A stretch of DNA of 27,987 nucleotides, counting the filler, from an uncultured virus (IMG/VR IMGVR_UViG_2061766007_001087) (taxonomy: Duplodnaviria > Heunggongvirae > Uroviricota > Caudoviricetes > Schitoviridae). It is 2 parts of one record of this genome, joined end to end, with 100 filler letters (N's around TTAATTAATTAA, not from the genome) between each part and the next. Parts side by side here need not be neighbours in the genome. Positions count along the whole stretch, not along the records: positions 1 to 27,280 come from IMGVR_UViG_2061766007_001087; 1 more part is not named here. One strand, given 5' to 3'. A program made the translations under genes and the position numbers. Below the pieces are notes generated by a model. The model did not search any database, was not told the origin of the DNA, and saw only the letters and a program-made list of their open reading frames with translations. This document shows positions 1 through 12,183 of the stretch, one piece after another (positions within the stretch are counted from its first letter, which is position 1; each line of letters opens with the position of its first letter).

Positions 1-3000
1 AACCAACTACTTTAGCAAATTTACCAATAGTAGTATTTTCATCAAAGAATGGAGATGTATGAGTATTGAAATCAAATGATATTTCTCCATTTAATCCTTT
101 TATTATGTATTCCTGTAAAGTAATATCACCTATTTTTTCAGTCAGGAATCCTTCTATAAAATCAGTGTAGTACTTATCTATAACANNNNNNNNNNNNNNN
201 NNNNNNNNNNNNNNNNNNNNNNNNNNNNNNNNNNNNNNNNNNNNNNNNNNNNNNNNNNNACTTAACATTATTATCCTGGTATGCATGACCAGTAATATCT
301 GAAATACTTAATGTAAGAATACCATTATGTAAATCTCTAAATGGATCTAAAGACTTTTCTTTAGGGGTAAAATAGGATTCTCCTTTTTTCNNNNNNNNNN
401 NNNNNNNNNNNNNNNNNNNNNNNNNNNNNNNNNNNNNNNNNNNNNNNNNNNNNNNNNNNNNNNNNNNNNNNNNNNNNNNATAATAAAACCAGAGTCTACG
501 AATGCTTTAGTACATACCATACCCAGCATTTCTTTTACTGCATCTAACTGAGTATCAGTTAATGAAGTAATATACTGGTGTAGTTCTGGATAACGNNNNN
601 NNNNNNNNNNNNNNNNNNNNNNNNNNNNNNNNNNNNNNNNNNNNNNNNNNNNNNNNNNNNNNNNNNNNNNNNNNNNNNNNNNNNNNNNNNNNNNNNNNNN
701 NNNNNNNNNNNNNNNNNNNNNNNNNNNNNNNNNNNNNNNNNNNNNNNNNNNNNNNNNNNNNNNNNNNNNNNNNNNNNNNNNNNNNNNNNNNNNNNNNNNN
801 NNNNNNNNNNNNNNNNNNNNNNNNNNNNNNNNNNNNNNNNNNNNNNNNNNNNNNNNNNNNNNNNNNNNNNNNNNNNNNNNNNNNNNNNNNNNNNNNNNNN
901 NNNNNNNNNNNNNNNNNNNNNNNNNNNNNNNNNNNNNNNNNNNNNNNNNNNNNNNNNNNNNNNNNNNNNNNNNNNNNNNNNNNNNNNNNNNNNNNNNNNN
1001 NNNNNNNNNNNNNNNNNNNNNNNNNNNNNNNNNNNNNNNNNNNNNNNNNNNNNNNNNNNNNNNNNNNNNNNNNNNNNNNNNNNNNNNNNNNNNNNNNNNN
1101 NNNNNNNNNNNNNNNNNNNNNNNNNNNNNNNNNNNNNNNNNNNNNNNNNNNNNNNNNNNNNNNNNNNNNNNNNNNNNNNNNNNNNNNNNNNNNNNNNNNN
1201 NNNNNNNNNNNNNNNNNNNNNNNNNNNNNNNNNNNNNNNNNNNNNNNNNNNNNNNNNNNNNNNNNNNNNNNNNNNNNNNNNNNNNNNNNNNNNNNNNNNN
1301 NNNNNNNNNNNNNNNNNNNNNNNNNNNNNNNNNNNNNNNNNNNNNNNNNNNNNNNNNNNNNNNNNNNNNNNNNNNNNNNNNNNNNNNNNNNNNNNNNNNN
1401 NNNNNNNNNNNNNNNNNNNNNNNNNNNNNNNNCTCTCTAATCTGGGTAGTCTCTTCAGCAGCATTTGGATGCAGATGCCTATATAAATTCTTCATAGCTC
1501 TTGCCAGAGCTTCAGTATCTCCACCACTGGACCAAAACTTATCAGCAGTTTCTTGATCTGTTTTAACCCATACTACACGTCTAGCCTGTGTTTGGGATAC
1601 TGTTCTACCACCTTCATTCTTGTTTTCAATGGTAAAGTTACTTGCATCTATAATTCTAGCTGGAATATACCCATTAACTATTAATGAACCATAGAAGTTA
1701 ATTAAGTTTTTAGAAAATGAATTTACTTCAGGTTTATTTGGAAATTGTAATTTTCCATTATTGTTCCACCAACCAGTAGGTTTTTTACCATCCTTACCAT
1801 TAAGTAAATCACGTAAAGCAGTGAATTCAAATAAATCAAATCTTGCATTCTCATCTAATGCTACTGGTGCAACACTAGTAATAATAAATGAGTTGTTACT
1901 ATCCTCTACTGCTTCTGGATGCTTAAAAGTAATTGCACCTGTTATATTACCATCAGTGTAAGTTTTATATGCACCTGAAGCAGGTAACGAAGTATTTACA
2001 GTATATTGAGTTATATTAGCTTTAGTATTTCTAACTGCATCTACTCTAGCATTCTTTTCAAAATTATTAATGTCATCAGCATTATTAAATATAATCTGAT
2101 TTACTGCTTCTATTCTTGAATTAAGTTCATCATCATTTAATGCACTGATACGAGTATTAATATCATCTTGGGATAAAGGTAATGAATTTGGCTGATTCCT
2201 CTTCCAAACTTCTTCATCATTTTCTCTATCTCTAATAGGTACCGTAGTCCTATTACTGGTAGTACCTCTAGTATTAGTATTAGCAGGAGCAACTGACTGT
2301 CTTGATACTTGTACACTACTTCTAACTATACAAGGAACTAAAGATTGTTCACTTGGTAATTTATTTTTAAAGTAGTTATTCTTTATACCATCCCACTCTC
2401 TAAGTGTAGTATCAAAACGGATATAAACCTTATCACCTTGCTTTACAAATCTACCTTCACCATAATTAAGTAAATCTTCATTTGATACTTCCAGAATATT
2501 TTTACCAGCAAAATTTTTTTCTACTTCTGGTGCNNNNNNNNNNNNNNNNNNNNNNNNNNNNNNNNNNNNNNNNNNNNNNNNNNNNNNNNNNNNNNNNNNN
2601 NNNNNNNNNNNNNNNNNNNNNNNNNNNNNNNNNNNNNNNNNNNNNNNNNNNNNNNNNNNNNNNNNNNNNNNNNNNNNNNNNNNNNNNNNNNNNNNNNNNN
2701 NNNNNNNNNNNNNNNNNNNNNNNNNNNNNNNNNNNNNNNNNNNNNNNNNNNNNNNNNNNNNNNNNNNNNNNNNNNNNNNNNNNNNNNNNNNNNNNNNNNN
2801 NNNNNNNNNNNNNNNNNNNNNNNNNNNNNNNNNNNNNNNNNNNNNNNNNNNNNNNNNNNNNNNNNNNNNNNNNNNNNNNNNNNNNNNNNNNNNNNNNNNN
2901 NNNNNNNNNNNNNNNNNNNNNNNNNNNNNNNNNNNNNNNNNNNNNNNNNNCAGACTTAGACACTGGTCTAACTGACTTGTATCATCTATTGCTCTAGAGG

Positions 3001-6000
3001 CATAGCTTTTATACTGAGATACGATAAGACTAATAGTATTAGTTATAAGACTACGGTATGCTGTGAGTTTATCTGAGTCTTTAGTGATATTTTGTAAGAA
3101 AGGTATTAATTCTTGCCTTATTTTATATGCAATCTTAGGTGCTTTTCTTCCTGGTATAGGTGCAGGAGCAGGAGCACGATTACCTGTTACTGCTTCTCTT
3201 GCTGCAGGAGAATTAAAGGCTAGATCCTCGTTATTTATTTCACCCTCAGATTCTACTTCTAAATCAGAAGTTTCTTCCTCATCTTCGTCATCATATTGAT
3301 TTACCCTTTCATCTTCTACTTCTACTGGATTTGTAGAGACTTCTTCCTCTTCTGCAGCTTCCAGGCTAGCTACTTCTTCTTNNNNNNNNNNNNNNNNNNN
3401 NNNNNNNNNNNNNAATTCTTCTGTTTGGTTCTGTATATTCTGTTCTGCTGCTTCAGTATTAGTTGGAGGAAGAGTGGTACTGTTACGTAAAGTAAAAATA
3501 TCATCGAATGTAGCACGATTACCAATAAAACTGCTAACTAAACCTTGGAATGAATCATTAAATTGATATAGAGCAAGGGCATAATATATGTCTTTTAATT
3601 TTAATCTACTATTATCCCCTAAATGCTCTTGTGCTTTTTTAGCTAAAAGATTACTTATAGTAATTAATCTATCTTTATTAAAAGCAACACCACTAAATAA
3701 TATACCCCCATTTATACCATCATCTTGGTTTGCAAAATCAAGGTAAGATGGGTTTATTTCGGATAAATTAAGTAATGCTCTTAATTCAGGATCAGTAGCT
3801 AAATAATGACTTAAGTCACGGATTAAATCATGGAACCCGCCTATATGAAATTGAGCTGTTTCTATAGGTACAGTTTCTGCTTCAACAGCAACATGTCCAA
3901 GATCATCAATACTCTTAAAACCNNNNNNNNNNNNNNNNNNNNNNNNNAGTAACTTGGTTGAACATTTGTATTTTTTAATATATAAGTATAGAGTATAGGG
4001 AATTGTTCACATGCATCTTTAAAACTACCTATAGTAGCAGAAAAACTACCCCCTGGGAGCTTTCCAACAAGCATAGCATATGATGTTACAAACTCTTGCC
4101 AAGCTTGTACAAGTTCAAGTTTCCAACCATTTTCTTGTTCAGGTGAAAAACTCTTATTAGCAAGGTTTCTTACTTGCTCATCAGCTCTAGTTTTTAAATC
4201 AGGATCTAAAGTATTTGGATTAGTAGTTAAATCCAANNNNNNNNNNNNNNNNTAATTTACATATTTTCGTACACATTCTTTAACTAATGCTTCTAATCCA
4301 TCTTCAGCAAATACTTCTGGGTGTTTAATAGGTAAATTAAGTAATGAAATATAGTTATCTACTAAAGTAGAACCAAGAGGAGGAATCCCATGTCTNNNNN
4401 NNNNNNNNNNNNNNNNNNNNNNNNNNNNNNNNNNNNNNNNNNNNNNNNNNNNNNNNNNNNNNNNNNNNNNNNNNNNNNNNNNNNNNNNNNNNNNNNNNNN
4501 NNNNNNNNNNAAGTATCATTATTTTCAGTAACAGTATCATCTGCTGCAGGTTGATCTGTATCTTCACTATCTGGATTATCTGGTGATGTTTCTCCATCAC
4601 CGTTGTCATTAATTGATGGATTCGCTGTAGTACTTTCATCACTTACTGGGTTTATAGTTGGACTACCAGTAGTAGTAGTTTCTTCTTCACCTGAATCTGC
4701 GGCAGCACCTTCNNNNNNNNNNNNNNNNNNNNNNNNNNNNNNNNNNNNNNNTCTACTCTAGGGGCAGGTGCCGGAGCAGGATTAGGATTAGGGTTAGGTC
4801 CTGGAGCAGGTGGAGGTGCACCATCATCTATATCACCTGCATCTAAACCACTGTCATCTATAGTAGGTCCACCAGCATCTGGATTATCTGGGTCTGAAGT
4901 ACCCTCAAGATCTATATTATCTAATGTATCTAATATAGTATTAAATCTATCAAGACTGCGTTGTAACTGAGCTATTTCCTGTCTTAATATATCTCTACCA
5001 TTACCAGTTAGTTCACCAGTTAAACGAGACTGATAACCCAATAATCTCCTAACATTATTACTAATGAATCCACCTTCATTATTTAATTGAGAAGGGTCAT
5101 CTAGTACACTCTGCCTTTCTGCAATAGCAGCAGTAATTTTATTATTTATTTCTTGGCGTAATCTACCTCTAATACGCTGTGCTCTTGCTTTTACTGCATC
5201 ATCTGTTGAGCGTAAATCATCTGCTAATGCATTAAGGTAGTCTTCACTAAACCTGGTAGCATCCTGTAAATCATGTGCTTCTTCAAAATCTCTGGTGTCT
5301 CTCCTGGATTCTTCTGTAGCAGGAGTATCAGAAAATCTACTGGAGTAGTTAGTATTACCGGTTAATTCTACCTCATTTAAATGACCAGCATGCCTTAACA
5401 TAAAATGCCTTATAGCATTATTATGTGCTTGATTACCATATCTGGAATCAAGTTCTGCCATTTCTTCCAGTACGTCATCTAATCTACGTTGTATTGCTTC
5501 TCTCTCAGCAGCAGGTGCTAAACGGGCGGCATTTAATTCTGTCTGGATATTTTCTGCTATCTGTCCCAGTTCAAGTCTCTGGTTAGCATACGAATTAACA
5601 ATATCCATATCAGAAGCTGCTCTGGATACACCTTCTCCATTTAAGAAGTCTGCACCATAAGCAGCATTTCTAAATTCTTCATTTAGTCTTTCTCTTGCTT
5701 CATCAGATAGAGGAGCTTGTCTACCAGTAACTTCTGTATGGTTATCTGAGTAGTGGTGACCAAATACCTGTCTGTGTAAAAGAGCATTTAAACTATGTAC
5801 TCTGCTAGCATTGCGATTTGCATGTGCTCTTCCCTGTACATAGGCTCTTACATTTTCAGCTAAATTATCTGGGACAGCTATGCCCCTATTACCCAGGTCT
5901 TCTGCTATAGCATTTATTATAGCTCTGGTTCTGCCATCGGCAGTTTCATTGGTATTGTATGCATCATCTATTAATGTCTGNNNNNNNNNNNNNNNNNNNN

Positions 6001-8152
6001 NNNNNNNAGTACCCCTTTCTGATGGATTGGTATTAAAATCCTCAAAGTTCTCATAAGAACCGTTACCAGTCAACCGTCTATATGCATCTAAATACTCATT
6101 ACCTAACTGAAGAGTACCATTAAATCTTCTATTTACTCCTGGCATGGTAGCACGGTGNNNNNNNNNNNNNNNNNNNNNNNNNNNNNNNNNNNTTACTGTT
6201 ACTTGGTCAGTAATTACACCATGAGCAGCTAAGTCATTTAATACCTGCTCTACTGCACCTGCTATTGCTTCACCAGTACCATCTACTACACCATGTACAG
6301 CTAAATTCTGTACTACTTTCCATAACTGGCTTTCTCCAAGAACAGCACCAATAGAGGACCGTCTTAAAGCATTTAATAAAGATTCTGTATAATCAATACC
6401 AGAAGCAATAGAATCTCTAATAGCCTGTCTAAATATACTGGCTCCAGTATTTCTAAAGGCACTACGTAAAGAACCTCCAAATACTCTGGCTCCATATAAA
6501 GCAAGTTCATCACCTGCAATATCAACTGCAGCAGCCCAACCACCGGCTAAAGCACCAAGAGCGTTATCAGTCCATACCATACCATTAGGGTTACCCTCTG
6601 CTAGGTTTTCCCAATAGTTTTGATGAGTCTGAGCTAGGATATTCTTAGCAATATAATAGGCATTCTGATGGTTCTTTAATAAGGTACCTACTTTATCTAT
6701 ATGTCTGGCTGCAAACTCAAGATAGGAATTTCGTGCAGCATAACGAGCCAGACCCTGTGCCATTCTTGCTTCACCCAGACCAGGAACCAAATATGGAGCA
6801 AGTAAACCAATAGAATAAGAAGCCTGTCCTAATACATCAGGTAAATCATTTAAAGGATCAACAGTGAATAAAGATTTATAGAAATCTATCTGTAATCCTA
6901 CTGCATGATATGATGCCAAAGTTTGATTCCATAAATCTCCCCTTGCCCACTCAGCTTTCATTGTAGCTTCTTTTACAGCATCTATATACAGTNNNNNNNN
7001 NNNNNNNNNNNNNNNNNNNNTAAAATCAAGTGTCTCATTAATCTTACGTATACGGGCAGTCTTATCCTTAAAATCTTCCAGTACTTTTAATCTTTCCACA
7101 TTCTTTGGGTTAGATAACCAGTCAGACACTTCTTTAGAATGTACTGCTACTCCATTTGCTACTTCCCATTCATATTTAGTAATAATAGCGTTATCTTCAG
7201 GAGTAAAACCTAATTTATCAATATCCTTTCTGGCTTCTTTTGCTAATTGTATTCTTTCTGCATTTAAATCATTATTTTTAAAAAGGCTCCATGCAATATC
7301 AAGATCTTCTGCTATACCAAAAGTCTTATCATACCCTTCTTCATATAACTGTTTTAACTTATCTACACCAGGGATTGTTCCACCATAGTACTCAGTAGCG
7401 ATTTTATTAGCTACAGCAGGAATACCTATTATATTACCTAAAGCCAAGTTAGCAGCTTGTACTACTGTCTGAGCTGGATTTTCTAGTATCTTAGCAGTTT
7501 CATTAAATGCTGATTCAATAGCACCTCCTGCTAAATTAACTGTAGGTGCTATTACAGTACGTAAAGAAGTTTTAAGCCCTTTTTCTATTACTCCATCATC
7601 TTTGTCTATAGTAGTCTTATCATATAAGTAATTACCAACTGCTTTAATTACATTGAATATACCTTCATCTGTACCAAAACCAGACCAGATACTTCCTTGT
7701 TCATTTGTTTTTACATTAAATAATTCACCTTTTTCATCATTGGATATCTGATCAAAACCCTCAACACTAGTAAATGCTTCTCTAGCTTCTTTTGCTTCTG
7801 CATCAAATCTATTTTTATTTAAATCATAGAAGGTATCTTCATTTACAAACTCTTTGAATTCATCTTCAGATAAGTTGGATAAGGCTTCTACGGCTGCTTT
7901 ATAGTTACCTTTATTAAGGGCAGAAACACCCTCGGTATACATACGTCTAAGGAAATTTAATCTTTCATCAGATATACTTGTATTAGCTACTCTTAAGTTT
8001 TGTTCTGCAGAATAACTATCAGCATCTGTATTTAAAAATTTCTCATCAAACAGTGCTGGCTTAGTTCCCTGTTGAATTTGGGAACGTTTCTCTGCTATCT
8101 GTCTAAGATAGTTAATATGATTTTCAACAAGCTTCTTTTTATCTTCTAAAGA
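1..8152 (-). CDS. Giant virion protein in the N4 gp50 (virion RNA polymerase) position; start hidden in gap 8153-8417, continues beyond the window's left edge
   Basis: Every readable segment between N-gaps has one stop-free minus-strand frame. The ORF track gives 4752-8152, 3949-4236 and 480-595. I hand-translated 4511-4712 (EGAAADSGEEETTTT...), 4253-4395 (RHGIPPLGSTLVDNY...), 3414-3922 (GFKSIDDLGHVAVE...), 2951-3381 (EEVASLEAAEEEE...), 1433-2533 (APEVEKNFAGK...RAMKNLYRHL), 260-390 and 1-186. It lies directly downstream of the gp52/gp51-like genes, as vRNAP does in N4. The RNAP call rests on synteny and size only, and a gene boundary inside a large gap cannot be excluded. Confidence 0.65.
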
Positions 8153-8417
8153 NNNNNNNNNNNNNNNNNNNNNNNNNNNNNNNNNNNNNNNNNNNNNNNN
8201 NNNNNNNNNNNNNNNNNNNNNNNNNNNNNNNNNNNNNNNNNNNNNNNNNNNNNNNNNNNNNNNNNNNNNNNNNNNNNNNNNNNNNNNNNNNNNNNNNNNN
8301 NNNNNNNNNNNNNNNNNNNNNNNNNNNNNNNNNNNNNNNNNNNNNNNNNNNNNNNNNNNNNNNNNNNNNNNNNNNNNNNNNNNNNNNNNNNNNNNNNNNN
8401 NNNNNNNNNNNNNNNNN

Positions 8418-10639
8418 TACTGCACCATTTATATTATGTCTAATATAATTTTGCTCTGCTTTAGTCATCTGATTAAATTTTTCTTTAAAATCAGGTGTTG
8501 CTTTACGCATATAGTAATCAAAAGGATTTCCATTATAAGCTTTTTGCATCTTTAGAATCTCTCCCTGTACAGATTTATATATAGCTTCTCTAAAATCTGT
8601 ATCATTGAGTAAACCCACAAGATCTCCATTTTCCTCATATTGAGCTACTTTCTTTATAAGGGCTTTATTCGCTTTAATGTTGTTTCCGAAACCTATAGCA
8701 AAATTAGATCCATCTTTATATCCACCTATAGCAAATTTTTCTGCTTTTACTAGATCATCTACTGTAACACCATCAGGTAACATTTGTTGTATATTTTCTA
8801 CTAAATTTTTTAATGGTAACATTTCATTAGCAAGAGCATTAAATCTCTCTGGAGTAGAAACTACTCTAAATGGTTTACCCGATTTATCAACTTGTCTACC
8901 AGTATATTTATCTACACTAGTAGCGTAAACTGCTTTCTCTTCTCCAGACATAGGTATCGTAGCATCTGCTATATTAGCAATAGTAGAAGACCTGTTTAAA
9001 TAAACATCCATTGTACTAGCTGCAGATTGCCTCTGATGTTGTAATGAATTAAATCCACCAGACAGCATAGTATAAGTATTTAATTTAGATGTATCTAAAT
9101 CCTTTTCATCTCTGTTACCTTTCATATAAGAAAGAATGCGATTAGTTCTAAATTTTTCAAGGTCACTGTCTTCTTTCTGTAAAGTACGAGATAAGTCAGT
9201 TAATCTTGGTATTACTGCTTTTTGATAATTGCTGCTATAGAGCATTGCTCCTATAAAGTCACCAGCCATTTTAGCATGTTCTGCCATTTTTTCTGAATGA
9301 CCTTTTCCTTCATAGGTATCTTTTATTACATTATTTAATGCATCTAAAACTACTGCATGTTGTACTGTATCTTTATTAAGTTGAAATGCACCTACAAGAG
9401 CATTGTCATCTGTATAGTGAGCTGCGTCAGCCTTCCCAAGTGCATCATCTAAATCTGAAAGAAATTCTTTTGTAGCCTTTGGGTCATGTATATTTAAACC
9501 ACCTACAGCCATATTTAATATGACAAGTTGTAAGTCTCTATCAGTAACTCCTGCAGCATCTAATTTAGCACGTAATCCCTTTAAATTATCAAACAACCAA
9601 GTTGCTCTATCTTCTGATACCCTATGCCAGTTAGCAGCAAAATACTCTCCTACAGTTTCTTGTAAAGCTTGAGTTTGTTCAGGACTAAGTTTTGCACCAT
9701 TTAAACCACTAATTAAAATACCTGGTAGGGTGCTATTAATTTTTTCTCGTATCTTAGTATCATGATCATTTCTTCGAGTAATATACATAGAGTCATTAGA
9801 GACTGCTTTATAATGACCTTCATTAAATATAGCAGTAGTAACTTGATCCAGTATTTTATCCTGTAATTCCATAGACATAGGAAATCCTACCGTANNNNNN
9901 NNNNNNNNNNNNNNNNNNNNNNCTTAACTAGAGTTTTAATATCTCCTGGGTCAAAGTTTTCATTATAAGTATCTTTCAAAAGACTTGTTATAAGGTAATC
10001 TTTAATAGCACTTGTGTTAGAATCTGCAAACTTATTAATATCTTCTCCAGACTTTTCCCAAACTTGTCTGGCTGCATCAAGCATTTTATATCCTTCATCT
10101 TTGTGGTCTCCTTGTGCTTTTATAGCAAGTTCCCTCATTTTAGCATCGTTATCCATAACACTCTGTAAGAACTTACTCTGTCTNNNNNNNNNNNNNNNNN
10201 NNNNNNNNNNNNNNNNNNNNNNNNNNNNNNNNNNNNNNNNNNNNNNNNNNNNNNNNNNNNNNNNNNNNNNNNNNNNNNNNNNNNNNNNNNNNNNNNNNNN
10301 NNNNNNNNNNNNNNNNNNNNNNNNNNNNNNNNNNNNNNNNNNNNNNNNNNNNNNNNNNNNNNNNNNNNNNNNNNNNNNNNNNNNNNNNNNNNNNNNNNNN
10401 NNNNNNNNNNNNNNNNNNNNNNNNNNNNNNNNNNNNNNNNNNNNNNNNNNNNNNNNNNNNNNNNNNNNNNNNNNNNNNNNNNNNNNNNNNNNNNNNNNNN
10501 NNNNNNNNNNNNNNNNNNNNNNNNNNNNNNNNNNNNNNNNNNNNNNNNNNNNNNNNNNNNNNNAAGCGATACGAGCAGTATCCATAGATTCTTGTTTATT
10601 ATTTAATCCAAATAAGTTAGCTAAGTCTGATGCTGCCAT
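8418..10639 (-). CDS. N4 gp51-like internal virion/ejection protein with a C-terminal lysozyme-like motif (3' end in gap 8153-8417)
   Basis: Starts MAASDLANLFG with GAGGA upstream. The frame after gap 9895-9922 reads TVGFPMSMELQ directly into the 9878 ORF, so the two track ORFs are probably one gene. Helical and Cys-free in the readable sequence, and syntenic between the gp52-like gene and the giant ORF. Confidence 0.65.
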
Positions 10640-10652
10640 TTATTTAATCCTC

Positions 10653-11095
10653 TTACATCATTGCATCATTACGTGCTGCATTCTGTCTATCCCACTTCTC
10701 CCAGTATCTCTTTTTATTATCTTCGAACTGGGCTTTCTGTAGATTAAACTGATCTCTGGCAAGATCTCTCTGTGCCTTATACGCTTGGTAGCTTAAATAA
10801 GCCTGTATACCACCTGCTGCAGCATTCCAAATACTACCCCCAATGCCAGAGTAATTCTGACCATTCTGAGAGTATCCAGTNNNNNNNNNNNNNNNNNNNN
10901 NNNNNNNNNNNNNNNNNNNNNNNNNNNNNNNNNNNNNNCAGCAAGTAGAGCAGTTACTAAACTTGCTTGATCATTACCAGCATTACTAGGTGCAGTAAAA
11001 TTAGTATTCTGATTTGTGGTCAAGCCAGGAAAACTCATACCAGCCCCCAGCCATCCATTATTTGTATTTAAAGCAAATGGATTCTCATCTCCCAT
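10653..11095 (-). CDS. N4 gp52-like small virion/ejection protein (~147 aa)
   Basis: ATG at 11095 preceded by AAGGAGA. N-terminal part MGDENPFALNTNNGWLGAG. After gap 10881-10938 the frame reads GIGGSIWNAAAGGIQAYLSYQAYKAQRDLARDQFNLQKAQFEDNKKRYWEKWDRQNAARNDAMM then TAA (10653-10655). A Gly/Ala segment followed by a coiled coil, plus position, match gp52. Confidence 0.7.
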
Positions 11096-11148
11096 AATAA
11101 TCTCCTTNNNNNNNNNNNNNNNNNNNNNNNNNNNNNNNNNNNNNNNNN

Positions 11149-11254
11149 TCTCTTCAGGAGAGTAACCCATTCTAGTAAGTATAGAGGAATTAGAACCCCA
11201 ACCATTATTTCTAATATAATCAAATCTACCTCTATCTACTGGTCTAATGGCAGG
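11149..11254 (-). CDS. Visible fragment of an unidentified gene mostly hidden in gap 11255-12183
   Basis: Open frame PAIRPVDRGRFDYIRNNGWGSNSSILTRMGYSPEE. Its boundaries lie in N-gaps. Confidence 0.35.
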
Positions 11255-12183
11255 NNNNNNNNNNNNNNNNNNNNNNNNNNNNNNNNNNNNNNNNNNNNNN
11301 NNNNNNNNNNNNNNNNNNNNNNNNNNNNNNNNNNNNNNNNNNNNNNNNNNNNNNNNNNNNNNNNNNNNNNNNNNNNNNNNNNNNNNNNNNNNNNNNNNNN
11401 NNNNNNNNNNNNNNNNNNNNNNNNNNNNNNNNNNNNNNNNNNNNNNNNNNNNNNNNNNNNNNNNNNNNNNNNNNNNNNNNNNNNNNNNNNNNNNNNNNNN
11501 NNNNNNNNNNNNNNNNNNNNNNNNNNNNNNNNNNNNNNNNNNNNNNNNNNNNNNNNNNNNNNNNNNNNNNNNNNNNNNNNNNNNNNNNNNNNNNNNNNNN
11601 NNNNNNNNNNNNNNNNNNNNNNNNNNNNNNNNNNNNNNNNNNNNNNNNNNNNNNNNNNNNNNNNNNNNNNNNNNNNNNNNNNNNNNNNNNNNNNNNNNNN
11701 NNNNNNNNNNNNNNNNNNNNNNNNNNNNNNNNNNNNNNNNNNNNNNNNNNNNNNNNNNNNNNNNNNNNNNNNNNNNNNNNNNNNNNNNNNNNNNNNNNNN
11801 NNNNNNNNNNNNNNNNNNNNNNNNNNNNNNNNNNNNNNNNNNNNNNNNNNNNNNNNNNNNNNNNNNNNNNNNNNNNNNNNNNNNNNNNNNNNNNNNNNNN
11901 NNNNNNNNNNNNNNNNNNNNNNNNNNNNNNNNNNNNNNNNNNNNNNNNNNNNNNNNNNNNNNNNNNNNNNNNNNNNNNNNNNNNNNNNNNNNNNNNNNNN
12001 NNNNNNNNNNNNNNNNNNNNNNNNNNNNNNNNNNNNNNNNNNNNNNNNNNNNNNNNNNNNNNNNNNNNNNNNNNNNNNNNNNNNNNNNNNNNNNNNNNNN
12101 NNNNNNNNNNNNNNNNNNNNNNNNNNNNNNNNNNNNNNNNNNNNNNNNNNNNNNNNNNNNNNNNNNNNNNNNNNNNNNNNNNN

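Noticed and set aside
4660..4820. Short tandem repeats (GGATTA/GGGTTA, GTA) as telomere-like or array elements
   Set aside because: They simply encode PNPNPNP and TTTT in a low-complexity protein linker. No CRISPR-like repeat-spacer periodicity is visible anywhere in the readable sequence.
8418..8428. MVQ start for the giant ORF, or a gp51-giant fusion
   Set aside because: That ATG is an out-of-frame codon inside the gp51-like gene. The real stop and start are hidden in gap 8153-8417, so a fusion can be neither supported nor excluded.
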